A DNA stretch of 60,065 nt from Candidatus Andersenbacteria bacterium RIFCSPHIGHO2_02_FULL_46_16. Lineage in GTDB: Bacteria > Patescibacteriota > Andersenbacteria > UBA10190. The DNA lies in contig MHHQ01000032.1 in the NCBI GenBank assembly GCA_001817065.1, positions 1-60,065 of the forward strand, given 5' to 3'. The translations under genes were made by a program, and so were the position numbers. Shown here piece after piece: positions 36,504 to 45,470 of this stretch. Positions within the stretch are counted from its first letter, which is position 1. Every line of letters begins with the position of its first letter. Below the pieces are notes generated by a model. That model did no database searches, was not told where the DNA came from, and worked only from the letters and a program-made list of their open reading frames with translations.

Positions 36504-37050
36504 CATGTAACCCATTATTTTCATAATGGCATGGACTATCTCATTCACCACACCTCTTTTGAGACATGGCGACCGGGCGCTTATGTAGGATTATTGTTGG
36601 GACTCACCTACTAGTCTCTACACCTTCCGAAAAACTAATACCCTTTTCGGCTTGGCTCGGGATTACCAGTTAAGGCTTCCCCGAATTCACCCAGTTATTC
36701 GATCCGCCTCTCGACGGAAAGCTGCGTTATACCAGCATGCAACTCTCTGTGACAATTAGCGCAAACAATTATGCACTTATCAACCTCTGCCTTGACTCTC
36801 ACCCACGAACGAGTTAATCCACTCAATCCCAATCCAAATTTCTTACTCGATTCGTCAATGTGGTGAAAGTCCAAACCAGCTGCACATTTATTATAGCCAC
36901 ACAGCATACATGCTCCGCCTTTGTATTCAACAGCCATAGCCTTAATCTTTCGTCGCCTCTTAGCCACAGCTTGTTTTATATACTCAGCACGGTCAGCATA
37001 AGTTCTTGTCTCTGGCATACACTTCATAGTATACCCGATCAACTTAATAC
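36504..37050 (-). ncRNA. group I intron, IC3-like (Azoarcus/cyanobacterial tRNA-intron type)
   Basis: Strings AAUUCGGGGAAGCCUUAA, CCCGAGCCAAGCC and GAAGGUGUAGAGACUAG, with P7 GACUA/UAGUC, a GAAA-capped hairpin and a terminal G. The 5' exon ends in U. Confidence 0.75.
36695..37027 (-). CDS. intron-encoded HNH endonuclease (ATG at 37027; alternative TTG at 37042)
   Basis: GGACMLCGY...FHHID...VCANCHRELH. Confidence 0.8.
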   Translation of the reverse strand: MKCMPETRTYADRAEYIKQAVAKRRRKIKAMAVEYKGGACMLCGYNKCAAGLDFHHIDESSKKFGLGLSGLTRSWVRVKAEVDKCIIVCANCHRELHAGITQLSVERRIE

Positions 37051-37217
37051 ACAGCCACTTGCTCTGCCATTGAGCTACCCGCGAATAAGGCCTGTTTCCA
37101 GGCCTGTCTCTGAATTATTGCTAACCCAGATATTTTTTAAAACTGTAAAGAACACACCTAAATAAATAGGTGTGTCAATTGTGGCTAATAAACTGGAAAA
37201 ATTCAAGCTCTAGGCCA

Positions 37218-38657
37218 TTAAAACTGGAAATAGATGAATTCTCGCCCCATCACCGGCGCATTCTCCGACATAAACACGTACAGCGCAACAAACAAGACTG
37301 CCGCACCATATACCATTTGATTGATCCGCGGCAACTTCAGCCAGAACAATAAATCCCTCCGTCGCCACTGCATAACCTGCGTTAGCAGCACAATCGCTAT
37401 TACCAGAGAAAAATATAAAACTTTATCGCTAAAGCCGGTCTTAATCTCCCAACTGGAAAACATCGCCAGCAGCATCTCGCCCGCCTGGCCCATAGACCTC
37501 GCCCGAAAAAACAGCCAGCCGATTGCCGCCAAGTGAAAAAATATGATCATCTTCCCAACCTACCATACCCGATACCTGTTCAACGTCTCTCCCCAAGCCT
37601 GTGGCCAAAACCGCTCCATCGCCCGATGCACAATCAAGAGCAATCCTTGGTAACCTCCCCATACCACAAACGTCCAAGCCGCCCCATGCCACAATCCTCC
37701 AAGCAGCATCGTAATCATCAAGTTCCGCTGTGTCTTCCCCCACCCGTGCCGATTGCCGCCGAGCGGAATATATAGATAATCCTTCAACCAAGTCGATAAA
37801 CTGATATGCCACCTCTGCCAAAACTCGCGCGCATTGCGGGAAAAGTATGGCAAATTAAAATTCAACATCAGCTCAAACCCCATCAGTTTCGCCAAGCCCC
37901 TGGCTATATCCGTGTACCCGGAAAAATCGCCGTAGATCTGCCAGGCAAAAGCGTACAACGCCAACCATACTTGCGGCCCGTTATATGGCCCGCCCGCAAA
38001 CACTGGCTCAACCAGCGTCGCCAAACTGTCCGCCACAATGACCTTCTTAAATAAACCCCAGCCAATCAAATACATCCCCTCAAAAACTTTCTGGTCGCTC
38101 AGCCGGCGCGGCCTCATCACTTGCGGTAATAATGATGTCGCCCGCTCGATCGGTCCCGCCACCAGCTGCGGAAAGAAAGCGACGAACAGGGCAAAATCAG
38201 TTAATTTTCTGGCCGGCTTAAGCTGACGACGATAAATATCGATCGTATAGCTCATCGTCTGGAACGTATAAAAGGAAATACCCACCGGCAATATGACATG
38301 CAGCGTGAACCCCTCCACCTGCCAGCCAAAGACGCTCACCAGCTCCACTAAACTATCATTGAAAAAATTGAAGTATTTAAAGAAGCCTAGAATCAGCAGA
38401 CTGGAGCCCATGCTCACCCACAATAGAATTTTTCGTCGCCGCGGCGTTTTGGCTTGATCTATTTTCAAACCAATCACATAATCGATGCCCGTCGACAGCC
38501 ATATCAGGGACAAGAACCGCCAATCCCATGACCCGTAAAAAATATAACTGGCGGCCAGTAGTAAATAATTCTGCCAGCGGTGCGATAAACATAAGTACAA
38601 CAAATACACAACGCTGAAAAACAAAAAGAACTCACTGGTGTTAAAAAACAGCGCCAT
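37218..38657 (-). pseudogene. MBOAT family O-acyltransferase (AlgI/DltB-like) interrupted by one in-frame TAG (37560-37562)
   Basis: ORFs 37560-38657 and 37218-37550 are in the same frame, and together they make a full-length MBOAT. The conserved RWHISLSTW...GGN region is in the first part. Confidence 0.7.
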
Positions 38658-38760
38658 TATATTTTTTCAATTCTATATGATGATAAACACATCTATGCAC
38701 CCTAGCCGGTTTTTATTCATTTGATAAGTCACGCAAACATCTTTAGTTTAAAAAGATTCT

Positions 38761-39963
38761 ATGCTAAGCACCCATTCACTACCGCACCTGCCTCCCGCTC
38801 GTTTTTGGTATCTGCCCTCCTTCTTTCTTTTCGTCATCGGCACCATCCTCGCCTTAGCTCAAAGTCCCCTGCCTGCTGCCTTAATTTTTCTTTTTATCCT
38901 CCTGGCCATCGCCCTTGTTTCTCGCTATTCGCCCCACCAACCACAAACCTCTGCCCATTCCGCATTTCATTTCCTTCTCATGGCACTGTTTTGCATCGCC
39001 CTTCCCTATCTGATCGAACTTACCCTGCGACTGAACGACACCAGCCGGCACCTTCCCCCCAACGGCATAGTTAACAGCACCTTATACACCTTCGGCCATG
39101 TCATCACCAACAATTCATACGGTTTCCGTGAACGGGAATTCGCCGTCCCTAAACCTCCCAACACCTACCGGATAATGGTACTGGGCGACTCTATGTCCTG
39201 GGGGGTCGGCGTACCTGTTAATGAACGCTACTCCAACTTTCTCGAAGATCTCTTGAATCAAAGCTCTCCTCCCCTTCATTTCGAAGTCCTTAACTTTGCT
39301 ACCCAAGCTGGCAACATTGCCGAGGAACTAGCCACCCTGCAAAAATATATTGATGTGGCGGAGCCGGACCAAATTGTCATTGGCTTTAATTTCGATGACA
39401 TCGATTCGGCCGACAACGTCATCGATCCAGAAAGCCGCCACTTAGCCGCCGAGTACAACCACCTCATCGATCCTTATTTAACTAAACTTCGCTTATATTA
39501 TCTTAGCGGCCAAACGGTTAAAGCCATCAAACAAGCCGCTACCCTGACCGGCTACATCCCCAATCAAACCGTTGAAGTACAACGACAACTCGCCGCCCAA
39601 AATGAAAATTTAGCCTCTTTTCAAAACACTCTCCAGCAAATTAAAGCTCTTTCCGACTCTCGCCGCCTTCCCCCGCCTATACTTGCGATTCTCGAACGCG
39701 GTCTCTATGCCGATCGTCCCACCGACTATGCTAATCCCGAGTCAGCCTTGCAAGCTATAATTGATCAACAAATTTTAGCGGAAAAAACTGCCCAGTCTGT
39801 CGGCTTTATCACCCAGCATCACCGTGAAGACATTGCCTCAGAGCTCAACAATCAAATTCTCTCCGTCAACGCAATCGACCATCACCCTTCCGTCGCCCTC
39901 CATCAGCTCTACGCTACTAAACTGCATACATCCGTCTTGGCAAATATGTCCTATGTCAGATAA
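38761..39963 (+). CDS. membrane-anchored SGNH/GDSL hydrolase-acyltransferase
   Basis: RIMVLGDSMSWGVG block I motif after N-terminal TM helices. Confidence 0.7.
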   Translation: MLSTHSLPHLPPARFWYLPSFFLFVIGTILALAQSPLPAALIFLFILLAIALVSRYSPHQPQTSAHSAFHFLLMALFCIALPYLIELTLRLNDTSRHLPPNGIVNSTLYTFGHVITNNSYGFREREFAVPKPPNTYRIMVLGDSMSWGVGVPVNERYSNFLEDLLNQSSPPLHFEVLNFATQAGNIAEELATLQKYIDVAEPDQIVIGFNFDDIDSADNVIDPESRHLAAEYNHLIDPYLTKLRLYYLSGQTVKAIKQAATLTGYIPNQTVEVQRQLAAQNENLASFQNTLQQIKALSDSRRLPPPILAILERGLYADRPTDYANPESALQAIIDQQILAEKTAQSVGFITQHHREDIASELNNQILSVNAIDHHPSVALHQLYATKLHTSVLANMSYVR

Positions 39964-41938
39964 TAATCAAATGGACAAACCAACTCTTTTTTCTCCGCCC
40001 AAAAGCTTTTCCGATGAGGCGAACATTACCGACGAAACTATCTACCAATCATCCGCCGCTAACCCCGAGAAATATTGGGCCGAGTGGGCTCAGCAGCTGC
40101 ATTGGTTTACCCCTTGGCACACTATCTTAGACTGGCAGCCGCCCCACGCTCGCTGGTTTGATGGCGGCACGCTTAACGCCTCGGTTAATTGCCTTGATCG
40201 TCACCTCTCTCCCCGTGCCCATCAACCTAATCTTTCCGACCATACCGCCATCCTCTGGGAAGGTGAACCCGGCGATGAGCGGCGTCTCACTTACCAAGAG
40301 CTACATCAACAAGTTAATTGCTTCGCCTCCGTCCTCCAGCAATTAAACATTAAGCCAAGCGATCGTGTGGTTATTTATCTTCCCATGTTGCCGGAATTAA
40401 TCATCGCTTGCTTAGCCTGCGCTCGTATCGGTGCAATTCATAGTGTTGTTTTCGCCGGCCTGGGTATCGATTCTCTCAGTCAGCGCATCAATGACCTGGC
40501 AGCAACTTTAGTCATCACCGCCGACTACAGCTGGCGCCGCGGCAAAAAACTGTTTCTAAAAAATACCGTCGACCGTAGCCTTAAAAACTGCCCTTCTGTT
40601 AAAAAAATTATTACTGTCACACGCGATCCTAACCAGTCCACTCCTACCTGTCACCTCTCCCCCAAACGAGATTTAATCTGGCATAAACTAATGTCCGCCG
40701 CCACCAACCACTACCCTCCCTCCCATCAAGCTGCCGAGGATATTCTCTTTGTCCTTTACACCTCCGGCACCACTGGCCGTCCTAAAGGTATCGTCCACAC
40801 AACCGGCGGATATTTAACTCAAGTTTACGCCACTACTAAATGGATACTGGACTTAAAACCCACCGACGTTTATTGGTGCACCGCGGATATCGGTTGGATT
40901 ACCGGCCATAGCTATGTCATCTATGGTCCCTTAATGTGTGGGGCGACAGTTTTTATGTACGAAGGAGCGTTTGATTTTCCCAACCAAACCCGCGTCTGGC
41001 AAATGATTGACCGTTATAAGATCTCTGTTTTTTACACCGCTCCTACCGCCATCCGCCAATTTATCCAGTGGGGGAAAAATTTGCCTGCCCTATCCGACTT
41101 AACCTCCCTGCGGTTACTTGGTTCGGTCGGTGAACCTATCAACCCTTCTACCTGGCACTGGTACCATCATTATATCGGCAGAGAGCGCTGTCCCATCGTT
41201 GATACCTGGTGGCAAACTGAAACCGGGGCTATTATGATTGCTCCCCTTCCCGGACTGACCAAATTGCCTCCGGGTTCAGCGACTCAACCTTTCCCCGGCA
41301 TCTCCACGGCCGTGCTAAATTCCGCCGGCCATTCGCTTCCGCCTAACCAGTCAGGTTCATTAGCAATCACCCAACCCTGGCCGTCCATGTTACGCGGCAT
41401 TTGGCATGACGAAGCAAGGTATCGCGACAATTATTGGTCCCAGTGGCATAACCAATCCTACTTTACAGGTGACGGTGCAAGACTTGACCAACAACACAAC
41501 TTTTGGTTGCTCGGCCGCATCGACGACGTCATCCAAGTCGCCGGCCATCGCATCAGTTCAACGGAAATAGAAAACGCATTAGTCAGTCACGCTGCTGTCA
41601 CTGAAGCAGCCGTTGTCAGTAAACCAGATGAGCTAAAAGGTGAAGCCGTTGTGGCCTTTGTCACTCTCCTGCCCAATCGCCGCCCCTCCCCTGCCTTAAT
41701 TAAAAGCATTACTAAGCGTGTTGCTGATCGTGTCGGACCAATCAACAAACCCGCTCAAATTATCTTCACGCCCCAGCTGCCTAAAACTCGCTCGGGAAAA
41801 ATTATGCGCCGTCTCTTACGTAATATTGCCGCCCACCAGCCTCTCGGCGATACCGCCACCCTAGCCGATCCCGCCGTTATCAGTCATCTGACCCAAGCGA
41901 CCAACTCTCCCTCTTCTAAATCCGCCCGGCACAAATAG
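39953..41938 (+). CDS. acs: acetyl-CoA synthetase
   Basis: YTSGTTGRPKG, WWQTETG, PKTRSGKIMRR. Start set at MSDNNQ because the upstream extension overlaps the previous gene. Confidence 0.9.
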   Translation: MSDNNQMDKPTLFSPPKSFSDEANITDETIYQSSAANPEKYWAEWAQQLHWFTPWHTILDWQPPHARWFDGGTLNASVNCLDRHLSPRAHQPNLSDHTAILWEGEPGDERRLTYQELHQQVNCFASVLQQLNIKPSDRVVIYLPMLPELIIACLACARIGAIHSVVFAGLGIDSLSQRINDLAATLVITADYSWRRGKKLFLKNTVDRSLKNCPSVKKIITVTRDPNQSTPTCHLSPKRDLIWHKLMSAATNHYPPSHQAAEDILFVLYTSGTTGRPKGIVHTTGGYLTQVYATTKWILDLKPTDVYWCTADIGWITGHSYVIYGPLMCGATVFMYEGAFDFPNQTRVWQMIDRYKISVFYTAPTAIRQFIQWGKNLPALSDLTSLRLLGSVGEPINPSTWHWYHHYIGRERCPIVDTWWQTETGAIMIAPLPGLTKLPPGSATQPFPGISTAVLNSAGHSLPPNQSGSLAITQPWPSMLRGIWHDEARYRDNYWSQWHNQSYFTGDGARLDQQHNFWLLGRIDDVIQVAGHRISSTEIENALVSHAAVTEAAVVSKPDELKGEAVVAFVTLLPNRRPSPALIKSITKRVADRVGPINKPAQIIFTPQLPKTRSGKIMRRLLRNIAAHQPLGDTATLADPAVISHLTQATNSPSSKSARHK

Positions 41939-41970
41939 ACCACAGCAGCTACCCTCCCCCTGAGTCGCCA

Positions 41971-43023
41971 TCAAACTGCTAATTTCATCTGTTGTGCTGC
42001 CTCTGCCACCACACTCTCTAACACATCAAAATGCCAATCGTCTCTGGCAATGGAATTTGACGTAAAGATTGGTACACCATCCGCGGCAAAAGATTCTATT
42101 GTCTCCGCTCGAGCTACGTTATGAGTTATCACCCCTGCTACTTGATCAATCCCGCTCTGCCGTAACTGCGCTATAGCCGCTGCAAACGTCTTGCCCGTAC
42201 TAATAATGTCATCCACAATAATGTGCTGTTTGTTCGTTTCATAAAACCCCTTAGGCATTTCCACCACTACCTCGGTGGCTGAACGACGCTGCTTATTCAT
42301 GACCAGATAAGACACCTTAAGTAGCGCTGCCAAATTACGCACCCTATTTTCCGCTCCCCGGTCCGGCGCCACCAAGACAACTTCTGTAAATTTTTCCTGC
42401 AAGAACAAAGCGATCGTCGCACGAAGTGACAGCTCGCTAACTTTTACTTCTCCCAAATATGGTCGCAGCACACTGTTGGCGCAGTGTAGGTCAATTGTCC
42501 ATAGTTCTCGTACCTGATTTTTTATCGCTGCCAGCATCGGCTCAGCACTTGTTACCACTCGCTCATTTCCCCACGGCAACGAACGAGCATAAGGGAAATA
42601 GGGCAGAACCAATCTTATCCCTGCCCGATTATATAAGACTTCGCAGCAGTGCCGTCAACCATAAAATTTGCGCATCCAGTGATTCCTGCCGGGAGAATTG
42701 GTAATACAGAGAAACATCATCTTCTCTCGCATCACCGGTTAAATGCATAGCTATGGAAGTCACATTATGAAATGCCACAAATATAGTGACGGGCCCTGTC
42801 GGCGCTGCACCCCCACCCGACGGCTTCGGCCTGCCAGGCGGGCAGCCTGCAGGCGCTCGGTGGGGGTCCCCCGCGCCGCCACCCGTTTATTTAAGAGTGG
42901 CATTTCATAATGTGACATCTATACTTCTCCGTCCGGAAAAACCTCGTGCTCTAATATCGCCACCCGAGCGCTCAACCGGTCAGCTAGCCTACGCGACTCT
43001 GACGTATTGCCAATAACCAACAT
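41971..43023 (-). pseudogene. prs: ribose-phosphate pyrophosphokinase, disrupted by a MITE and a frameshift
   Basis: N-terminus MLVIGNTSESRRLADRL...FPDGEV (43023-42922), then the insertion. The gene resumes VTSIAMHLTGDAREDDVSLYYQ...ALLRSL, shifts frame near 42630, then continues YNRAGIRLVLPYFPYARS...IIVDDIISTGKT. Confidence 0.75.
42759..42916. mobile_element. 158-bp MITE-like insertion, perfect 20-bp TIRs GTCACATTATGAAATGCCAC, GC-rich core
   Basis: TIRs at 42759-42778 and 42897-42916 read directly; the element interrupts the prs reading frame. Confidence 0.7.
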
Positions 43024-43089
43024 AGGAAACTAATTTATTTATTTTTTCTCTAACACCCGTCACTTGACCAGCCAGCCATACTCCATCAC

Positions 43090-43953
43090 TTACGGTTGTT
43101 CTTCCTCTGACGGTAACATTTGTAAGGCACCGACCGCTCCTCGATCTACCAGCACATCTTGAATCACTACTGGCTCTAGCGGATTATCTTGGGCATCCCT
43201 TTCCACCATCGATATTTTATCCACCACATCCATGCCTGCTTCTACAATTCCAAATGGCGTGTGTTTACCTTGCAGTGGCGGAGTTGACTGCGCCGTGATG
43301 ATAAAAAATTGGCTGCCGTTACTATCCGGACCGGAATTGGCCATGGCCAATATGCCTCTTTGCATCGGGAAAGACTCAAGCGACGTCGTATAACGATAAC
43401 CTTGTGCCTCATAGAATTGCTGCAAGGTCATATTCTTCGCCTCCTCGGGCAACTGTGCTGCCTGAGCGGGACCAACGGCGTCCGCTAGTAATTGTTTATC
43501 CAAACCATAACTCTGGGCATTAATCTCATCCTCAAACTGATAGCCCGGGCCTCCGGTACCATGCTTTGTCCGCTGCGATTGATCCTTCGAAAAAGGATCG
43601 CCGCCCTGAATCATGAAATCCGGAATTACCCGATGCCAAGTCGTTCCATCGTAAAAATTGTTCTCCGCCAGTTCAACAAAATTCCCCACTGTTTTCGGCG
43701 CACGACTACCGTCCAGCGCCAGCTTAATATCACCCAGCGATGTCTTCAATGTCACTCTCACCACCTGCTTAAGTGGTTGGACATCCTTTATTCCTGACGG
43801 CTTAGGCGGCCACGCTATCGTGTTGTCCACCGGACTACTGGCTGGCGGTAAATCTGTGTTCGTTGGTTTATTAGGATCAGGTCTAAATAAATATACCCCG
43901 CCCCCCGCCACTACCAACGCTAATAATATTATTAAAATGTGTGTTAGTTTCAT
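43090..43953 (-). CDS. cyclophilin-type peptidyl-prolyl isomerase with N-terminal TM anchor
   Basis: WHRVIPDFMIQGGDP, SNGSQFFI. Confidence 0.9.
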   Translation of the reverse strand: MKLTHILIILLALVVAGGGVYLFRPDPNKPTNTDLPPASSPVDNTIAWPPKPSGIKDVQPLKQVVRVTLKTSLGDIKLALDGSRAPKTVGNFVELAENNFYDGTTWHRVIPDFMIQGGDPFSKDQSQRTKHGTGGPGYQFEDEINAQSYGLDKQLLADAVGPAQAAQLPEEAKNMTLQQFYEAQGYRYTTSLESFPMQRGILAMANSGPDSNGSQFFIITAQSTPPLQGKHTPFGIVEAGMDVVDKISMVERDAQDNPLEPVVIQDVLVDRGAVGALQMLPSEEEQP

Positions 43954-44060
43954 CTAGGTATATAAACATAAATATTGCCAACTATACAACCTCGTACTGT
44001 CCATCCACCCCAGCCAACGCAAAAATAAGCCGGCCAGCATTAACCACACAGCCTAATAAA

Positions 44061-45431
44061 TTAATAATCTCGCAACTTCTTAACTTTATGATGATCCCTG
44101 ATTTTCTCCAGTGCCTTAGCTTCAATCTGTCTGATTCTTTCTCTCGTTACATCGAACTCGCGCCCTACTTCCTCTAACGTATGGCTCATCCCATCCTTTA
44201 AACCAAAACGCATCTCTAATATTTTCTGCTCGCGCGGCGTGAGGTCTGACAGGATCTCCATCACGTGCTCCTGCAAAATCTCCCGGCCGGCCGCTTGTTG
44301 CGGTGTTACCGCCTCTTCGTCTTCAATGAAATTCTTCAGCGCTGAGTCTTCTTCGTCATCGCCGACCGAGGCATCGATCGATACCGTTTCCTGCGAAATT
44401 CTCATGATGTGCCGCACTTTTTCTACCGGCAGTTCCATCTCAGCCGCAATTTCTTCCGGCAGGGGATCCCGTCCCAAATCTTGCAGCAGCCGTCTTTGCA
44501 CCTGCGAAAACTTATTGATTGTTTCCACCATATGCACTGGAATCCTGATTGTTCTCGACTGGTCAGCCAAAGCTCGCGTGATAGCTTGCCGAATCCACCA
44601 CGTCCCGTATGTAGAAAACTTATATCCCCGTCGATAATCGAACTTCTCGACCGCCCTGAACAATCCCATATTCCCCTCCTGAATCAAGTCCAACAAAGAC
44701 AAATTCTTGCGGCCGGTATATTTCTTCGCAATCGATACCACCAACCGCAGGTTTGCTTCTGCTAGCCTTTTGCGTGCTTCTGCATCCCCCTGTTCGATGC
44801 GCTTAGCCAGTTCCACTTCCTCATCCGCTGTCAGTAGCGGTACCTTACCAATTTCCCGCAAATACATCTGGACCGAATCACTGGAAATATTGCTGACATC
44901 AATCAGATTATCTAATTGCTTACTCTCATATTCCCGTTTCTTGGGTTTATTCGGCAAGGCATCCGGCATGCTGTAATCAATCAAGCTGTCCCGTGGCTCT
45001 TCTACTCTAATGCCCCGATCTTCTAGCTCTGAATAAATCGCTTCCAAGCCTTCAATGTTTTCTTCAATATTAGGCAGGGCATGTAATATTTCCTCTTCAG
45101 TCACAAAACTGGTTTGCCCCCCTTTTCTCAGCAATGCCACCACTGCCTCCAGCTTAACCACTTCGGCTGCCGGTATTCTTACTCCAGCCATGTCCCTGGT
45201 CCGCCCCTTCCGCCCTTTATGCAAAGCTTTCTTCGTTTTCTTACCCTTACCTGACTGTCCTTTGTTATTATTAACTAGCCTTCGCGCCTTCGTTTTGTTA
45301 GACACCTTTTTCTGACTAGTTGTCTTTATGCTCTTCACCTGTGCTTTAGCTACCACTCGACGCCCATGCCTATTCCCAGCCGCATTGTGATGCCCGCGCT
45401 TATTTTTAATATTTCTCTTTTTGCCTGGCAT
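44061..45431 (-). CDS. rpoD: RNA polymerase sigma-70 factor with basic N-terminal extension
   Basis: Region 2 [18 protein letters not shown]; region 4 [20 protein letters not shown]. Confidence 0.95.
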   Translation of the reverse strand: MPGKKRNIKNKRGHHNAAGNRHGRRVVAKAQVKSIKTTSQKKVSNKTKARRLVNNNKGQSGKGKKTKKALHKGRKGRTRDMAGVRIPAAEVVKLEAVVALLRKGGQTSFVTEEEILHALPNIEENIEGLEAIYSELEDRGIRVEEPRDSLIDYSMPDALPNKPKKREYESKQLDNLIDVSNISSDSVQMYLREIGKVPLLTADEEVELAKRIEQGDAEARKRLAEANLRLVVSIAKKYTGRKNLSLLDLIQEGNMGLFRAVEKFDYRRGYKFSTYGTWWIRQAITRALADQSRTIRIPVHMVETINKFSQVQRRLLQDLGRDPLPEEIAAEMELPVEKVRHIMRISQETVSIDASVGDDEEDSALKNFIEDEEAVTPQQAAGREILQEHVMEILSDLTPREQKILEMRFGLKDGMSHTLEEVGREFDVTRERIRQIEAKALEKIRDHHKVKKLRDY

Positions 45432-45470
45432 TGTGTCTAATACTGCATTGTACCCTAATTAATAAATCAC

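Larger units (their letters stand above)
36466..37084 (-). tRNA. tRNA-Asn(GUU) interrupted in the anticodon loop by a 547-nt intron (exons 37084-37051 and 36503-36466)
   Basis: Acceptor TCGCGGG/CCCGCGA, D arm GCTC/GAGC, anticodon stem AGTGG/CCACT, T arm GTCGG-TTCGAGT-CCGAC, discriminator G. The spliced anticodon loop is CUGUUAA. Confidence 0.8.

Noticed and set aside
36504-37050. Alternative anticodon assignments for the split tRNA: Thr-UGU (splice after U33) or His-GUG (splice after position 36)
   Set aside because: Those junctions would place a non-G at the intron 3' end or a non-U at the 5' exon end. The discriminator G and the lack of a G-1 also fit Asn better. This remains to be confirmed experimentally.
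37560-37562. TAG reassignment (alternative genetic code) as the explanation for the split MBOAT
   Set aside because: TAG, TGA and TAA all end well-conserved proteins at the expected lengths elsewhere in the window.
37441-38592. Track ORFs 37441-37821(-), 37533-37775(+), 37806-38226(+) and 38377-38592(-)
   Set aside because: They are alternative frames inside the MBOAT gene, in a GC-richer stretch where spurious ORFs are expected.
39824-39952. N-terminal 43-aa extension of acs in the ORF track
   Set aside because: It overlaps the 3' end of the SGNH gene and is low-complexity. The conserved Acs sequence begins after the ATG at 39953.
42786-43016. 76-aa plus-strand ORF (MTGPVGAAPPPDG...)
   Set aside because: It is a translation of the GC-rich MITE core and the antisense strand of the prs N-terminus. 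It is not a gene.
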